Below are positions 38,049-46,784 of a stretch of 63,226 bases of DNA, piece by piece; positions within the stretch are counted from its first letter, which is position 1; the number at the start of each line of letters is the position of its first letter. The notes beneath the pieces are model-generated. The model did not search any database. It was not told the DNA's origin and saw nothing but the letters and a program-made list of their open reading frames with translations. Position numbers and translations under genes: made by a program. This stretch comes from a virus. Taxonomy: Duplodnaviria > Caudoviricetes. The stretch spans positions 1 through 63,226 of the IMG/VR virus record IMGVR_UViG_3300048876_000002; one strand, written 5' to 3'.

Positions 38049-39050
38049 ATGGCTGACCCTCAAACAATCCCCCCTCCGCCTGACGGTTCGGCTGTAGTGG
38101 CCCAGATGGGCGGAATTCCTCCTCCGCCTGATGGGAGCGCTGTGATTGCTCGGGGTGATGGCAATACACCAATTAAGCAACTAAGCGTCATGGACGTGAT
38201 CACTCAGCCGACCGACAAGACCGATAAAGAGTACCTCGGCTATACCGGACCAGCGGGAGTGGCGGGGGCAACAATTAAAGGCTTGGATGATGTAGGGCGC
38301 GGAGTAGGCGATGCTCTTACTGGCGCTTGGAATGCGGTTCGCCATCCGATTGACACCGCTAAATCTATCGCCAGTTTGCCTCAGCAGGCGGCTCAAGTGC
38401 CAGCAGCGATTCACGACATCAATCAATCCGCCGATCCGACAGGAAGTTATCTGCAAGCGGCACAAGATACCGCATCTCAGGGGGCTGGGCAGGCCCTAAC
38501 CGCTATCGCGGCAAGTGGGATACCTAAAGCCGCAGGCGCTGTTTCAGAAGCCATTCCTTCTGCCTCCCGCGCTGGCGCTGCTTTGAGCGAAGTGAAAAGC
38601 GCCGCTGCATCAGTTCCGATTGATATGTCGAAAGTCGGGAACACGGCGATGGATATTTACACGCAATCTCAGCGCGGAGCGCAACTCCCGCAAGCTGTAG
38701 GGAAGTTGATACGCCGCGTCACGGCCCCTGACAGCGCTCCGTTGACCTATGAAGAGGCAAAAGACTTTCAATCTAACATTTCACGTCTTTCTGCCAATGA
38801 GCAAATGCGGTTGAATCCAAATACGAAGCGACTGGTGGGGCAATTAAATCAAGACCTGAAGGGAAGCCTGCAAGATGCTGCGGATACGGTTGGCAAGGGG
38901 CAGCAGTTCCAGCAAGCTATGAAAGAATATCACCACGCAATGCAGTTGAAGGGATTCAGTGAGGCCGCGATTGATGCCGCATGGAAGGCGGCGCTAACCG
39001 GAGTAGGGCTGTATGGAGCAAAGAAAGTGATTGAGGCTGTCCCGCATTAG
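38049..39050 (+). CDS. DNA ejection protein (gp16-like position)
   Basis: IPPPPDGS x2 at the N-terminus; Ala/Gly-rich; synteny. Confidence 0.6.
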   Translation: MADPQTIPPPPDGSAVVAQMGGIPPPPDGSAVIARGDGNTPIKQLSVMDVITQPTDKTDKEYLGYTGPAGVAGATIKGLDDVGRGVGDALTGAWNAVRHPIDTAKSIASLPQQAAQVPAAIHDINQSADPTGSYLQAAQDTASQGAGQALTAIAASGIPKAAGAVSEAIPSASRAGAALSEVKSAAASVPIDMSKVGNTAMDIYTQSQRGAQLPQAVGKLIRRVTAPDSAPLTYEEAKDFQSNISRLSANEQMRLNPNTKRLVGQLNQDLKGSLQDAADTVGKGQQFQQAMKEYHHAMQLKGFSEAAIDAAWKAALTGVGLYGAKKVIEAVPH

Positions 39051-39142
39051 CCGAACCAGAACTTGCGATACCAACGCCGATGCGACTCCTCTTTCGATCT
39101 ATTGAGCAGCGTGATGACTATCGCTAAAAGAATGATCCACAT
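39047..39142 (-). CDS. 31-aa antisense membrane peptide (not in the ORF track)
   Basis: MWIILLAIVITLLNRSKEESHRRWYRKFWFG*; AAGGGAAG RBS. Confidence 0.4.
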   Translation of the reverse strand: MWIILLAIVITLLNRSKEESHRRWYRKFWFG

Positions 39143-40400
39143 GAAAAAACTTCCCTTATTGATTCTAGCATTCTGCTGCCTCTGCGGAGCGCAGATAAAT
39201 TATCCAATGATGCCCATGCCGCGCCAGCAGTTCACGAATAACGGCGCACCGCTCTCTGGCGGATTCCTTTATACGTGGGCGGCAGGAACAAGCACGCCAC
39301 TCGCCACTTACCACATCGACACACTAGGAAGTCTCACAGCCAATACCAACCCGGTAATCTTAGACGTGAACGGTTCGGCTGAAGTCCGACTACTTCCGCA
39401 AGCCTACAAGATGCAGTTGACCGATTCCAATAACGTGCAAATCTGGCAGATTGACCAGATTCAAGACTTCGGCCAACTAGCCCTCGCGTCATCCGTCCTC
39501 CTAAATCCTGCGTTCGCGAACCTGCAAACTATCGCCGGACCATTGGCCTTTACGACTCTCTCGCTGAATAGTGGAACCCCCCTGACAACGACAAACCAGA
39601 GCGGCACAGGTAGTTTGTGTCTTGTCACAAATTGCGCGTTGGTAACGCCGTCACTAAATGGGGTGAACATTGCCAACAGCCCAGGAACCTATCAGAATTT
39701 TGCAAACTCAGTTTCGCCGGGGACGATCCTTAATGATTTGGCTAATTTGGTAGCACCGGGCAACGCGGGAGTAAAAACCGCGCCAGCGGGAACGACTGGC
39801 GGAATTATGGGGATTGTGAGCGCGGGAGCTGGGACGACGGGCGTAGCTACAGTACAGGAATCCGGGCAATCGTTTTGCAACTTCGACGGGGCTGCAACTA
39901 CTGGCGATTATGTGCAAATGAGCAGCTCGGTTGCGGGAGACTGCACGGACGCTGGCGCAAACTATCCGACCTCCGGGCAGGTGATTGGAAGAGTTGAGCA
40001 GACTTCCGGTTCTCCGGCGCTTTTGGGACTGACTCTGTTTGGGCCGGAAATACAGGTTCCTACAACACTCGGCCTTGCCGCCATCACATCATGTGCAACA
40101 GGGCTTGGGGCCGGTTCTAGTCCCGCACTTACTTGCAGCAGCGCAAAAGACGGTGGCGGGTATATCTCGTTAACTACAGGCAGCAGCCCTAGCACTAATT
40201 CTCAAGTATGGATTATCTCTTTCGGCGCAACGCATACCGGGCACAACTGCTCGATCTCTCCAGCAAATGCTGCCGCAGTTAGTTCGGGCGTATTTATAGG
40301 CAGCAATAGCGTTACCCCGACCTTCTATATAGATTCTGGGGCAAGCGCCCTCACTGGAGCGACATTATATGCGTGGCAGTATACCTGTAATTTTTACTGA
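39141..40400 (+). CDS. tail fibre/adaptor with virion-attachment N-domain, preceded by a signal peptide
   Basis: MKKLPLLILAFCCLCGA|Q, then PRQQF..NG.PLSGG.LYT.AAGT.TP.ATY...NTNPVILD.NG.A. Confidence 0.75.
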   Translation: MKKLPLLILAFCCLCGAQINYPMMPMPRQQFTNNGAPLSGGFLYTWAAGTSTPLATYHIDTLGSLTANTNPVILDVNGSAEVRLLPQAYKMQLTDSNNVQIWQIDQIQDFGQLALASSVLLNPAFANLQTIAGPLAFTTLSLNSGTPLTTTNQSGTGSLCLVTNCALVTPSLNGVNIANSPGTYQNFANSVSPGTILNDLANLVAPGNAGVKTAPAGTTGGIMGIVSAGAGTTGVATVQESGQSFCNFDGAATTGDYVQMSSSVAGDCTDAGANYPTSGQVIGRVEQTSGSPALLGLTLFGPEIQVPTTLGLAAITSCATGLGAGSSPALTCSSAKDGGGYISLTTGSSPSTNSQVWIISFGATHTGHNCSISPANAAAVSSGVFIGSNSVTPTFYIDSGASALTGATLYAWQYTCNFY

Positions 40401-40417
40401 TCAAGAAAGGATTCACC

Positions 40418-42457
40418 ATGCTTAGGAAGTTACTTATCATTCTAATCCTTTCTTCGCCAGCATTTTCCCAACTGAGTTCCACGGGAAACATCACAGCCTC
40501 GGGCACGACTTGCGCTACGACGAACGCCTGCATTGTGCTCACGCTGTTTAATAGTCCGACACTCTCGACCACGGCTGCAACAATCACGGTCTCAGGCACA
40601 TATTCTGGAACGCTGCAATTCGAGATTAGTGCGGACGGCATCAACTTCTCCGCTATTTCAGGTATTAACGGCGCGAGTACGGCAAGTTCTACTACGTCCA
40701 CAGGAACGTGGACCTTCGGGATTCCAGCCCAGAATGTTCTTCGTGTAAGGGCATCTGCATTTTCATCGGGAACGGCTACGATTCTCATTCAAGCATCTGC
40801 TGGGCAGACTCCAACGGCGGCTCAAGTTCTAGCTCTCTTTGGCGGGCCTGGGACCAGTTCGCAATACCTCGCTGCAAATGGAACGATTCAGACGGCTGCT
40901 GGCGGCGCTGGAACGGTGACCACTACTGGCTCTCCTGCCTCTCCCAACCTTGCCGCGTTCTCTGGTGCTACCTCGATTACCAATGCCACGGCGCATAACG
41001 TCTCATCCCCGCTTAATTGTCCGGCAGCCTCGGCTTCCGGCACAGCCTACACTTGCACCACCACTCCCACCTTCGTTCCTGCCGATGGCGATGTGATCCT
41101 GTTCCAGGCCGACGTGGCGAACACAGGCGCGGCCACTCTCGTGGTAAATAGTCAGTCCGGAACTCCTGCGATAAAAAAGCAAGGCGGGGGCACGGCGCTT
41201 GTAGCCAACGATCTTCTAGTAGGCCAAGATACGCTACTGGAGTTCGACGGCACTAACTGGCAGATGCAGGGGCAAACGGGAAATGCGGCTAGTGGGACTG
41301 GTTTTACTGTTTCCGGTAGCACAGCATTATTTGGAACCTCTCCGACCGGGGGAACATTTAATCTGTACCTTGGCACCGGCACCACACAAGGAGTCACTAC
41401 CGCCACAGGTACGAACAACATTTGCGTGAATGCCTCGAACTTGGAATGCTATTACTCTCTCACTAGCGGGTCTACTAACATCGCCATCGGGCAATCGTCC
41501 TTATTCAGTTTGACTCAAGGATCTTTTAATGTGGCAATCGGGAACGACTTAGGTGGCGTTACCACTGGCACAAAGAATACGGCTGTGGGGAACTCGGCGC
41601 AGTCTGGTGGGTTGAATGTAAGCCAGGTAACCGCAGTCGGATGGGGAGCCCTTCAAAACAATCAAACCGTCGAGGCGTCGGCGTTCGGAAACCAATCACA
41701 GCAAGCCAATACCACTGGATTGAATTCTTCCTTTGGGTCGCTCGCTCTGCTTAACAATACCGACGGAACCAACAACGACGTATTTGGCGAAGATACTATC
41801 CGAGACAACGTGCATGGAAGTCGTAACATTGCAATGGGCGCTCGCGCAGGACAAAGTATAAACGGTGGTAATGATAATACTGCACTTGGATTTACCGCTG
41901 GTTATACCGCAACCACGGCGAACGCCAACGTGACTGGAAACTTCAACACTTGGGTAGGGTCGGGCACAGGACCGGGGAGCGCGACGCAGTTTAGCAACCA
42001 AACGGTCATTGGTGCTCTTGCTTTAGGGACTTGTAGTAACTGTGTAGTGCTTGGAAGAACAACAGCAATCGTGGCTGGCGGTGACACGACATTCGCGGCA
42101 CGGTTTTCAGTGGATAGTTCCACAACTCTTGTGGCGGGAGATTTCGTGCTCAGTGCTGAGTGGGGCACCACGGCCTCAATCGTCATCACGGACACTACAT
42201 CGAAAGACTCGGCGGCTGTAGTTACCGTCACATCCGCCGGAACTGGCCAAGCTGCGAATCCGACCATCGCGTTTACCTTCCACGATGGAACTTGGACAAA
42301 CACTCCCGCCTGCATTGCCATCCAGACAGGCGGAACAGGAATCTTTGGCGACAGCACCACGACGGCTAGATCTGCCACCGCCCAAACTTGGCAGTGGAAT
42401 GCAACCCCGACTGCCGCCGCAAATTACCAGTTTACAATTCACTGTACAGGGACATAA
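40418..42457 (+). CDS. secreted tail-fibre-like protein with Hep/Hag (NxAxG) repeats
   Basis: MLRKLLIILILSSPAFS|Q; NIAIG/NVAIG/NTAVG/NTALG repeats; paired Cys. Confidence 0.7.
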   Translation: MLRKLLIILILSSPAFSQLSSTGNITASGTTCATTNACIVLTLFNSPTLSTTAATITVSGTYSGTLQFEISADGINFSAISGINGASTASSTTSTGTWTFGIPAQNVLRVRASAFSSGTATILIQASAGQTPTAAQVLALFGGPGTSSQYLAANGTIQTAAGGAGTVTTTGSPASPNLAAFSGATSITNATAHNVSSPLNCPAASASGTAYTCTTTPTFVPADGDVILFQADVANTGAATLVVNSQSGTPAIKKQGGGTALVANDLLVGQDTLLEFDGTNWQMQGQTGNAASGTGFTVSGSTALFGTSPTGGTFNLYLGTGTTQGVTTATGTNNICVNASNLECYYSLTSGSTNIAIGQSSLFSLTQGSFNVAIGNDLGGVTTGTKNTAVGNSAQSGGLNVSQVTAVGWGALQNNQTVEASAFGNQSQQANTTGLNSSFGSLALLNNTDGTNNDVFGEDTIRDNVHGSRNIAMGARAGQSINGGNDNTALGFTAGYTATTANANVTGNFNTWVGSGTGPGSATQFSNQTVIGALALGTCSNCVVLGRTTAIVAGGDTTFAARFSVDSSTTLVAGDFVLSAEWGTTASIVITDTTSKDSAAVVTVTSAGTGQAANPTIAFTFHDGTWTNTPACIAIQTGGTGIFGDSTTTARSATAQTWQWNATPTAAANYQFTIHCTGT

Positions 42458-42458
42458 T

Positions 42459-42920
42459 ATGAAACGATTGCTATGCGTACTTTTGATCCTCGCGGGTTCG
42501 CTGTCAGCCCAAACCTCTGACGGTCCGACGGGACGTATCCACCCACTCACGTTAACAGTAGCGGGCAACACGGGCGCACATGGCGTTAGTACTGTATTCA
42601 CTGCCCCCGCAACGCACCTGTACCGCGTCGAGTGGAGTATGCGGACGACGGTCGTAGCCACGTCCGGCACAATGTCGGCACTTACTCTCGCGTGGAACAA
42701 TGGGAATGCGATAAGCCGGAACGCTCTTCTCGTCGGACCCCAGTTGCTCGACCTTGCGAGCTTGGTTAGCACGGGGCTTACCTCAGCAGAGATTACAGGC
42801 GTACAAGAGATGTACGTCGCATCGGGCACAAGCGTTACTTGGGCGACGACAGTCGGCACTGCGATTGTTGGATCGCCACAATACACCGTGGAATTCCGCG
42901 TATTCGATGCGGGGAGTTAG
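42459..42920 (+). CDS. secreted beta-sandwich protein
   Basis: MKRLLCVLLILAGSLSA|Q; Thr/Val-rich. Confidence 0.65.
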   Translation: MKRLLCVLLILAGSLSAQTSDGPTGRIHPLTLTVAGNTGAHGVSTVFTAPATHLYRVEWSMRTTVVATSGTMSALTLAWNNGNAISRNALLVGPQLLDLASLVSTGLTSAEITGVQEMYVASGTSVTWATTVGTAIVGSPQYTVEFRVFDAGS

Positions 42921-45900
42921 ATGATGCGCCGACTGCTTATCCTCGCTATACTACTTCTGTTGGGAGTAGCCTTTTCCTTTGGCACAACTGGTGTACGCTT
43001 TGACCTCGGAGGGCCTATTGCCGGGGTTTCAACGATCAGCGCGCAGCCATCCAATAATGGGCAGAATGCCGACTACTTGATCGTGCTTGCCCCCGTATCA
43101 CTAAACTGGTGCGCCTATCCAGCTAACAGCATTCAGGGTGTGCCCTGCACGAACTACAGCCCTACGTATACCGATTTGCTCCTCGGCACGCCCTGCCCGA
43201 GCACGCAGCCAATCGTGCTTCAGCAGACGAATGTTTGCGTCAGTTTCAGTGATGCGCTGGGCAATCTGGGAGTAAACGCCGCAGCGGGAACCTATACCTA
43301 TACTCTCACTTCCGGTTCGACTACATATGGCCCCTACACGGTCACTCTGGGAGGCAGCAGCGCAGGTGGGGGTGGGATAACCATCACAACCGTAGCTGGG
43401 CTTGCATTAGTGCCCGTCAAGACAAATGGTACCCTGGCCACGGTTACCAATGGTGCAAATGCTTCCGACTGCACGGTAGGCGGCGGCGTGTTTTTGGTAA
43501 ACTGTCAATATAATGGTTCTATATGGTCGCCGCTTACGAGTGCTACTGGGGGAAACGGCTGCACGTACACACAAAGTACGTCAACGGTAACCTGCCCAAA
43601 CGTTGTTGTAACTGGCTTTTGGAATACCACTACTCCATTAACTTGGGCGACTACTTTCCCTACTAATCCTTGCACGACGGCATCTTTCGACTCGCCTTAC
43701 CTTGTTACCGGACTGGTATCGGGATACTCCGGCATCACCATGAACAACGACGGCAATTTCTGCCTGTTTGTGAATGGCGTATATCAAGGTAATTTAGGGG
43801 CGGGCGTTACCCTTACCGGAACGAATCCTTTTACGAGCGTTAATTCTTTCTCGGGCACGACCACTCTTGCAAGCGCCAACGGCGTCTTGAATCCGGCAAT
43901 GTGCAGCACGGCAACTCCTCCGAGTTGGTGTTCTCCGGGATTGGAAATCGGCGGGTGGACGAACGCAGCGATTGCAGCGTTGCCGGGTCAGTGCGGGAAA
44001 ATCTTCATCCCCTCTGGAACGTATTCACAGAACACAACGATCCTGAAACCTCGTTGCGTGAGCATGAAAGGAGCAGGACGGCTCTCTACGGTCCTTAACT
44101 GGACTCCGACTGCCGGGAACGCTTTGGTAATCGAGGACAGCACGGGCACAAGTATTTACCCAGAAGGGGAAGTTTCTGATCTCACGTTAAATGGTTCTGG
44201 AACAAGCCACACAGCAGACGGAGTTTACCTTGGCGGCGATCCGAATGGTACTACCGTTAAAGTCTATGTAAACGGAGTCGCCACAGGAACCGTGATTCCC
44301 ACCACAGCCTATGGCGACCACAACAATTTCAACCGTGTTTCCATTCAGGCATTCAACAATGGTGTGCGCTGGGGGAATAACGCTTGGTCGCACAGTTTCA
44401 ATCAAAGCCTAATTGCGGGGAACAATGTCGGAGTGAACTCGAACTCCGGGGGGACTGTGACTGGGTCCGGTGAGGCTGAATCCTTCATCGCAACCAGAGT
44501 GCAGAACAACCTGACCAGTGGATTCAACTTGGAAGATTATGCTGATTTTTATATCGACTCGGGAAGTTGCGATTTCAACCCTGTGTGTTTGGTGATCACC
44601 GGAGCGGTTCAAGTCCGCGTGCAGAAGGAGCATTTCGAGCAAAACTCCGGGAACATGATTACCATTGCGTCATTCCCGGATTACCGGTTGCATCTCACCG
44701 TGGCCAATAGTTCAATGGTATACGATCAGGCAAGCGGAACACAGGCGCAGGCCATCGCAGTAACTACTGGCTCAGGAAACTCAGTATCCGTTGATCTTGA
44801 CGATGTGTGGGCATTTGTACTGAATGCAGGCACATTTACTGTTACCAATTTAGTGAATTGGTCAGCCCCGGTTACTGGCAGTGCGAACATTCTACGAATC
44901 GTAGAACCGCATCTGGTAAGTTCATTTCCTGGCGGTGCATCCAATCTTCCGTGTTCATCGTTTGCGCCCACCAGTGGATGCACGATTGACGATCCTCAAC
45001 ATGGCACGCTTAGTACGACTGGGCTGGCAGCAACCACAATTAACGGCCTGACGGCACCCAGCGGCTCTTCGGGAGCTTACCTCGCTGAACTTAGCGGCAC
45101 ATTTACCAACAACTATCCCACTATATTCAATGGCACACTTGTGCTGAATGCGGCGACAACACTGTTTAAGTCTGCGGCTTACACGCCGAGTACGGCAGGA
45201 CTGTTTGGCTACGACAGCACAAATAATCGCTTTGTTGGAGGCAACGGCACAAACACTAGTTTCCTGAACTGGATTGCTTCCACGGCCTCAATCACCACTG
45301 GTCATTGCGCTCAGTTTACAGGCACAAAGGGGCAACTTGTAGATGCAGGAGCGGCTTGCGGTACAGGAGGCGGATCGAGCGGCAACGGACCTTCCGGCTC
45401 AACTGGAGTGGGGATTGTCACCACCACAACGAATGGCTACGCGCCACTCTACGGAAACTACAGTGCAAGCGTGGCGGTTGCCAACGTTGGTAATATCGCT
45501 CAGTCGGTCGGGGCTGTAGCGAATGCCATCTCGCAACTATCTGTAACTTTAGGGACCGCTGTAGCGAGTGGAAAGACCTTGACGGTGACGCTCTATGATG
45601 TCACGGCGGCAAGTGCTCAGGCGGTTACTTGCACGGTTGCGGCTTTAGCGACGACCTGCACAGATGTAACGCATTCCTACAGTGCCCCGGCAGGAGATAC
45701 GCTGGCATGGCAGGTTGTCGGCACTGCCTCACTTACTACTAACCTTGCCATCGGCGCACAGGTCGGATCGGCATCTACGTTCTCTGGCAATACCCCCGTA
45801 GCAGTCTCACAAGGCGGAGGCGGAACCACACAGAATGACCTTTTATCTTACGACGCCAACGGCAACGCGGTGGACTCCGGAAATTGCTTGGAACACTATT

Positions 45901-46382
45901 CGCCCATTCCAGGAAGTAGCGATCAATTAACCGGGGCCGGGACATTTGCGACCACGATTGCATTGACTGCCGGGGTGCCGGGATGCCTTGTTGCAGGAAG
46001 CGTACTGACAATCCTCGGCCACGGTACAGGCAATGCTGCGGGCACAGAGAATCTTGCTCTACAAATTGGGGCAGGAGGTAATAGCACAATTTGTCCCGCT
46101 CCCACGGCACCCGTTGTGGTCCCAACGTCCGCATTTTATTGGGACGCAATTTGCTATATCCAAATCAACACCACTGGCAACCCAGGAACCGCATTTGCCT
46201 GGGGTGCATGGCAAGTCTCAAACGTCAATGGTGGCTCTATTGCGGCGAAGACCTTTGCGGTGACCGGAGTTTCGACTGTGGCGTTCAACACTGTTACCCC
46301 AGGCACAGTAAATGTGCAGGCTTCGACCATGACCGCAACCAACATCAATCTCCTATCCTTGGATACAAAGGTGATCCATTAA
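42921..46382 (+). CDS. secreted tailspike-like protein with a right-handed beta-helix
   Basis: MMRRLLILAILLLLGVAFS; AAIAALP...IFIPSGTY...V.MKGAG...TVL beta-helix cap; many Cys. Confidence 0.7.
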   Translation: MMRRLLILAILLLLGVAFSFGTTGVRFDLGGPIAGVSTISAQPSNNGQNADYLIVLAPVSLNWCAYPANSIQGVPCTNYSPTYTDLLLGTPCPSTQPIVLQQTNVCVSFSDALGNLGVNAAAGTYTYTLTSGSTTYGPYTVTLGGSSAGGGGITITTVAGLALVPVKTNGTLATVTNGANASDCTVGGGVFLVNCQYNGSIWSPLTSATGGNGCTYTQSTSTVTCPNVVVTGFWNTTTPLTWATTFPTNPCTTASFDSPYLVTGLVSGYSGITMNNDGNFCLFVNGVYQGNLGAGVTLTGTNPFTSVNSFSGTTTLASANGVLNPAMCSTATPPSWCSPGLEIGGWTNAAIAALPGQCGKIFIPSGTYSQNTTILKPRCVSMKGAGRLSTVLNWTPTAGNALVIEDSTGTSIYPEGEVSDLTLNGSGTSHTADGVYLGGDPNGTTVKVYVNGVATGTVIPTTAYGDHNNFNRVSIQAFNNGVRWGNNAWSHSFNQSLIAGNNVGVNSNSGGTVTGSGEAESFIATRVQNNLTSGFNLEDYADFYIDSGSCDFNPVCLVITGAVQVRVQKEHFEQNSGNMITIASFPDYRLHLTVANSSMVYDQASGTQAQAIAVTTGSGNSVSVDLDDVWAFVLNAGTFTVTNLVNWSAPVTGSANILRIVEPHLVSSFPGGASNLPCSSFAPTSGCTIDDPQHGTLSTTGLAATTINGLTAPSGSSGAYLAELSGTFTNNYPTIFNGTLVLNAATTLFKSAAYTPSTAGLFGYDSTNNRFVGGNGTNTSFLNWIASTASITTGHCAQFTGTKGQLVDAGAACGTGGGSSGNGPSGSTGVGIVTTTTNGYAPLYGNYSASVAVANVGNIAQSVGAVANAISQLSVTLGTAVASGKTLTVTLYDVTAASAQAVTCTVAALATTCTDVTHSYSAPAGDTLAWQVVGTASLTTNLAIGAQVGSASTFSGNTPVAVSQGGGGTTQNDLLSYDANGNAVDSGNCLEHYSPIPGSSDQLTGAGTFATTIALTAGVPGCLVAGSVLTILGHGTGNAAGTENLALQIGAGGNSTICPAPTAPVVVPTSAFYWDAICYIQINTTGNPGTAFAWGAWQVSNVNGGSIAAKTFAVTGVSTVAFNTVTPGTVNVQASTMTATNINLLSLDTKVIH

Positions 46383-46781
46383 ATGATCAAACGACTCTTG
46401 TTGCTGTATATGCTGTTCGCCAGCCTTTCGGCGTTTGCTCAAGCAAGCACTCGTCCGGTCGTTTTAACTTGGACTCCTCCATCCACGGCTGGATTCACTG
46501 GGTATGAGGTATATCGCTGCACTGTGCCCACGGGAGCCACGTCCTGCACCCCAACTATAGGCACACCGCTCAACTCGACTATTCTCACAGGGGCGACATA
46601 TACGGACAACCCGACAACGCAAACCGCTTACGGCTATACCGTCGTCGCAGTCTACCCGCCGTGTTCGCTGACAAGTTCATTGACTACGGCCTGCGGGGCG
46701 GGCGGAGCGGTCACGCTGACATTTGTCCCTGTACCGCCCCAAGGAGTCGGAGCTACGAATCTGGTGATTGTGGTTCAGTAG
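46383..46781 (+). CDS. secreted fibronectin type III-like protein
   Basis: MIKRLLLLYMLFASLSAFA|Q; V.LTW.P...GY.VYR...TYTD...Y.YTVVAV. Confidence 0.7.
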   Translation: MIKRLLLLYMLFASLSAFAQASTRPVVLTWTPPSTAGFTGYEVYRCTVPTGATSCTPTIGTPLNSTILTGATYTDNPTTQTAYGYTVVAVYPPCSLTSSLTTACGAGGAVTLTFVPVPPQGVGATNLVIVVQ

Positions 46782-46784
46782 CCT

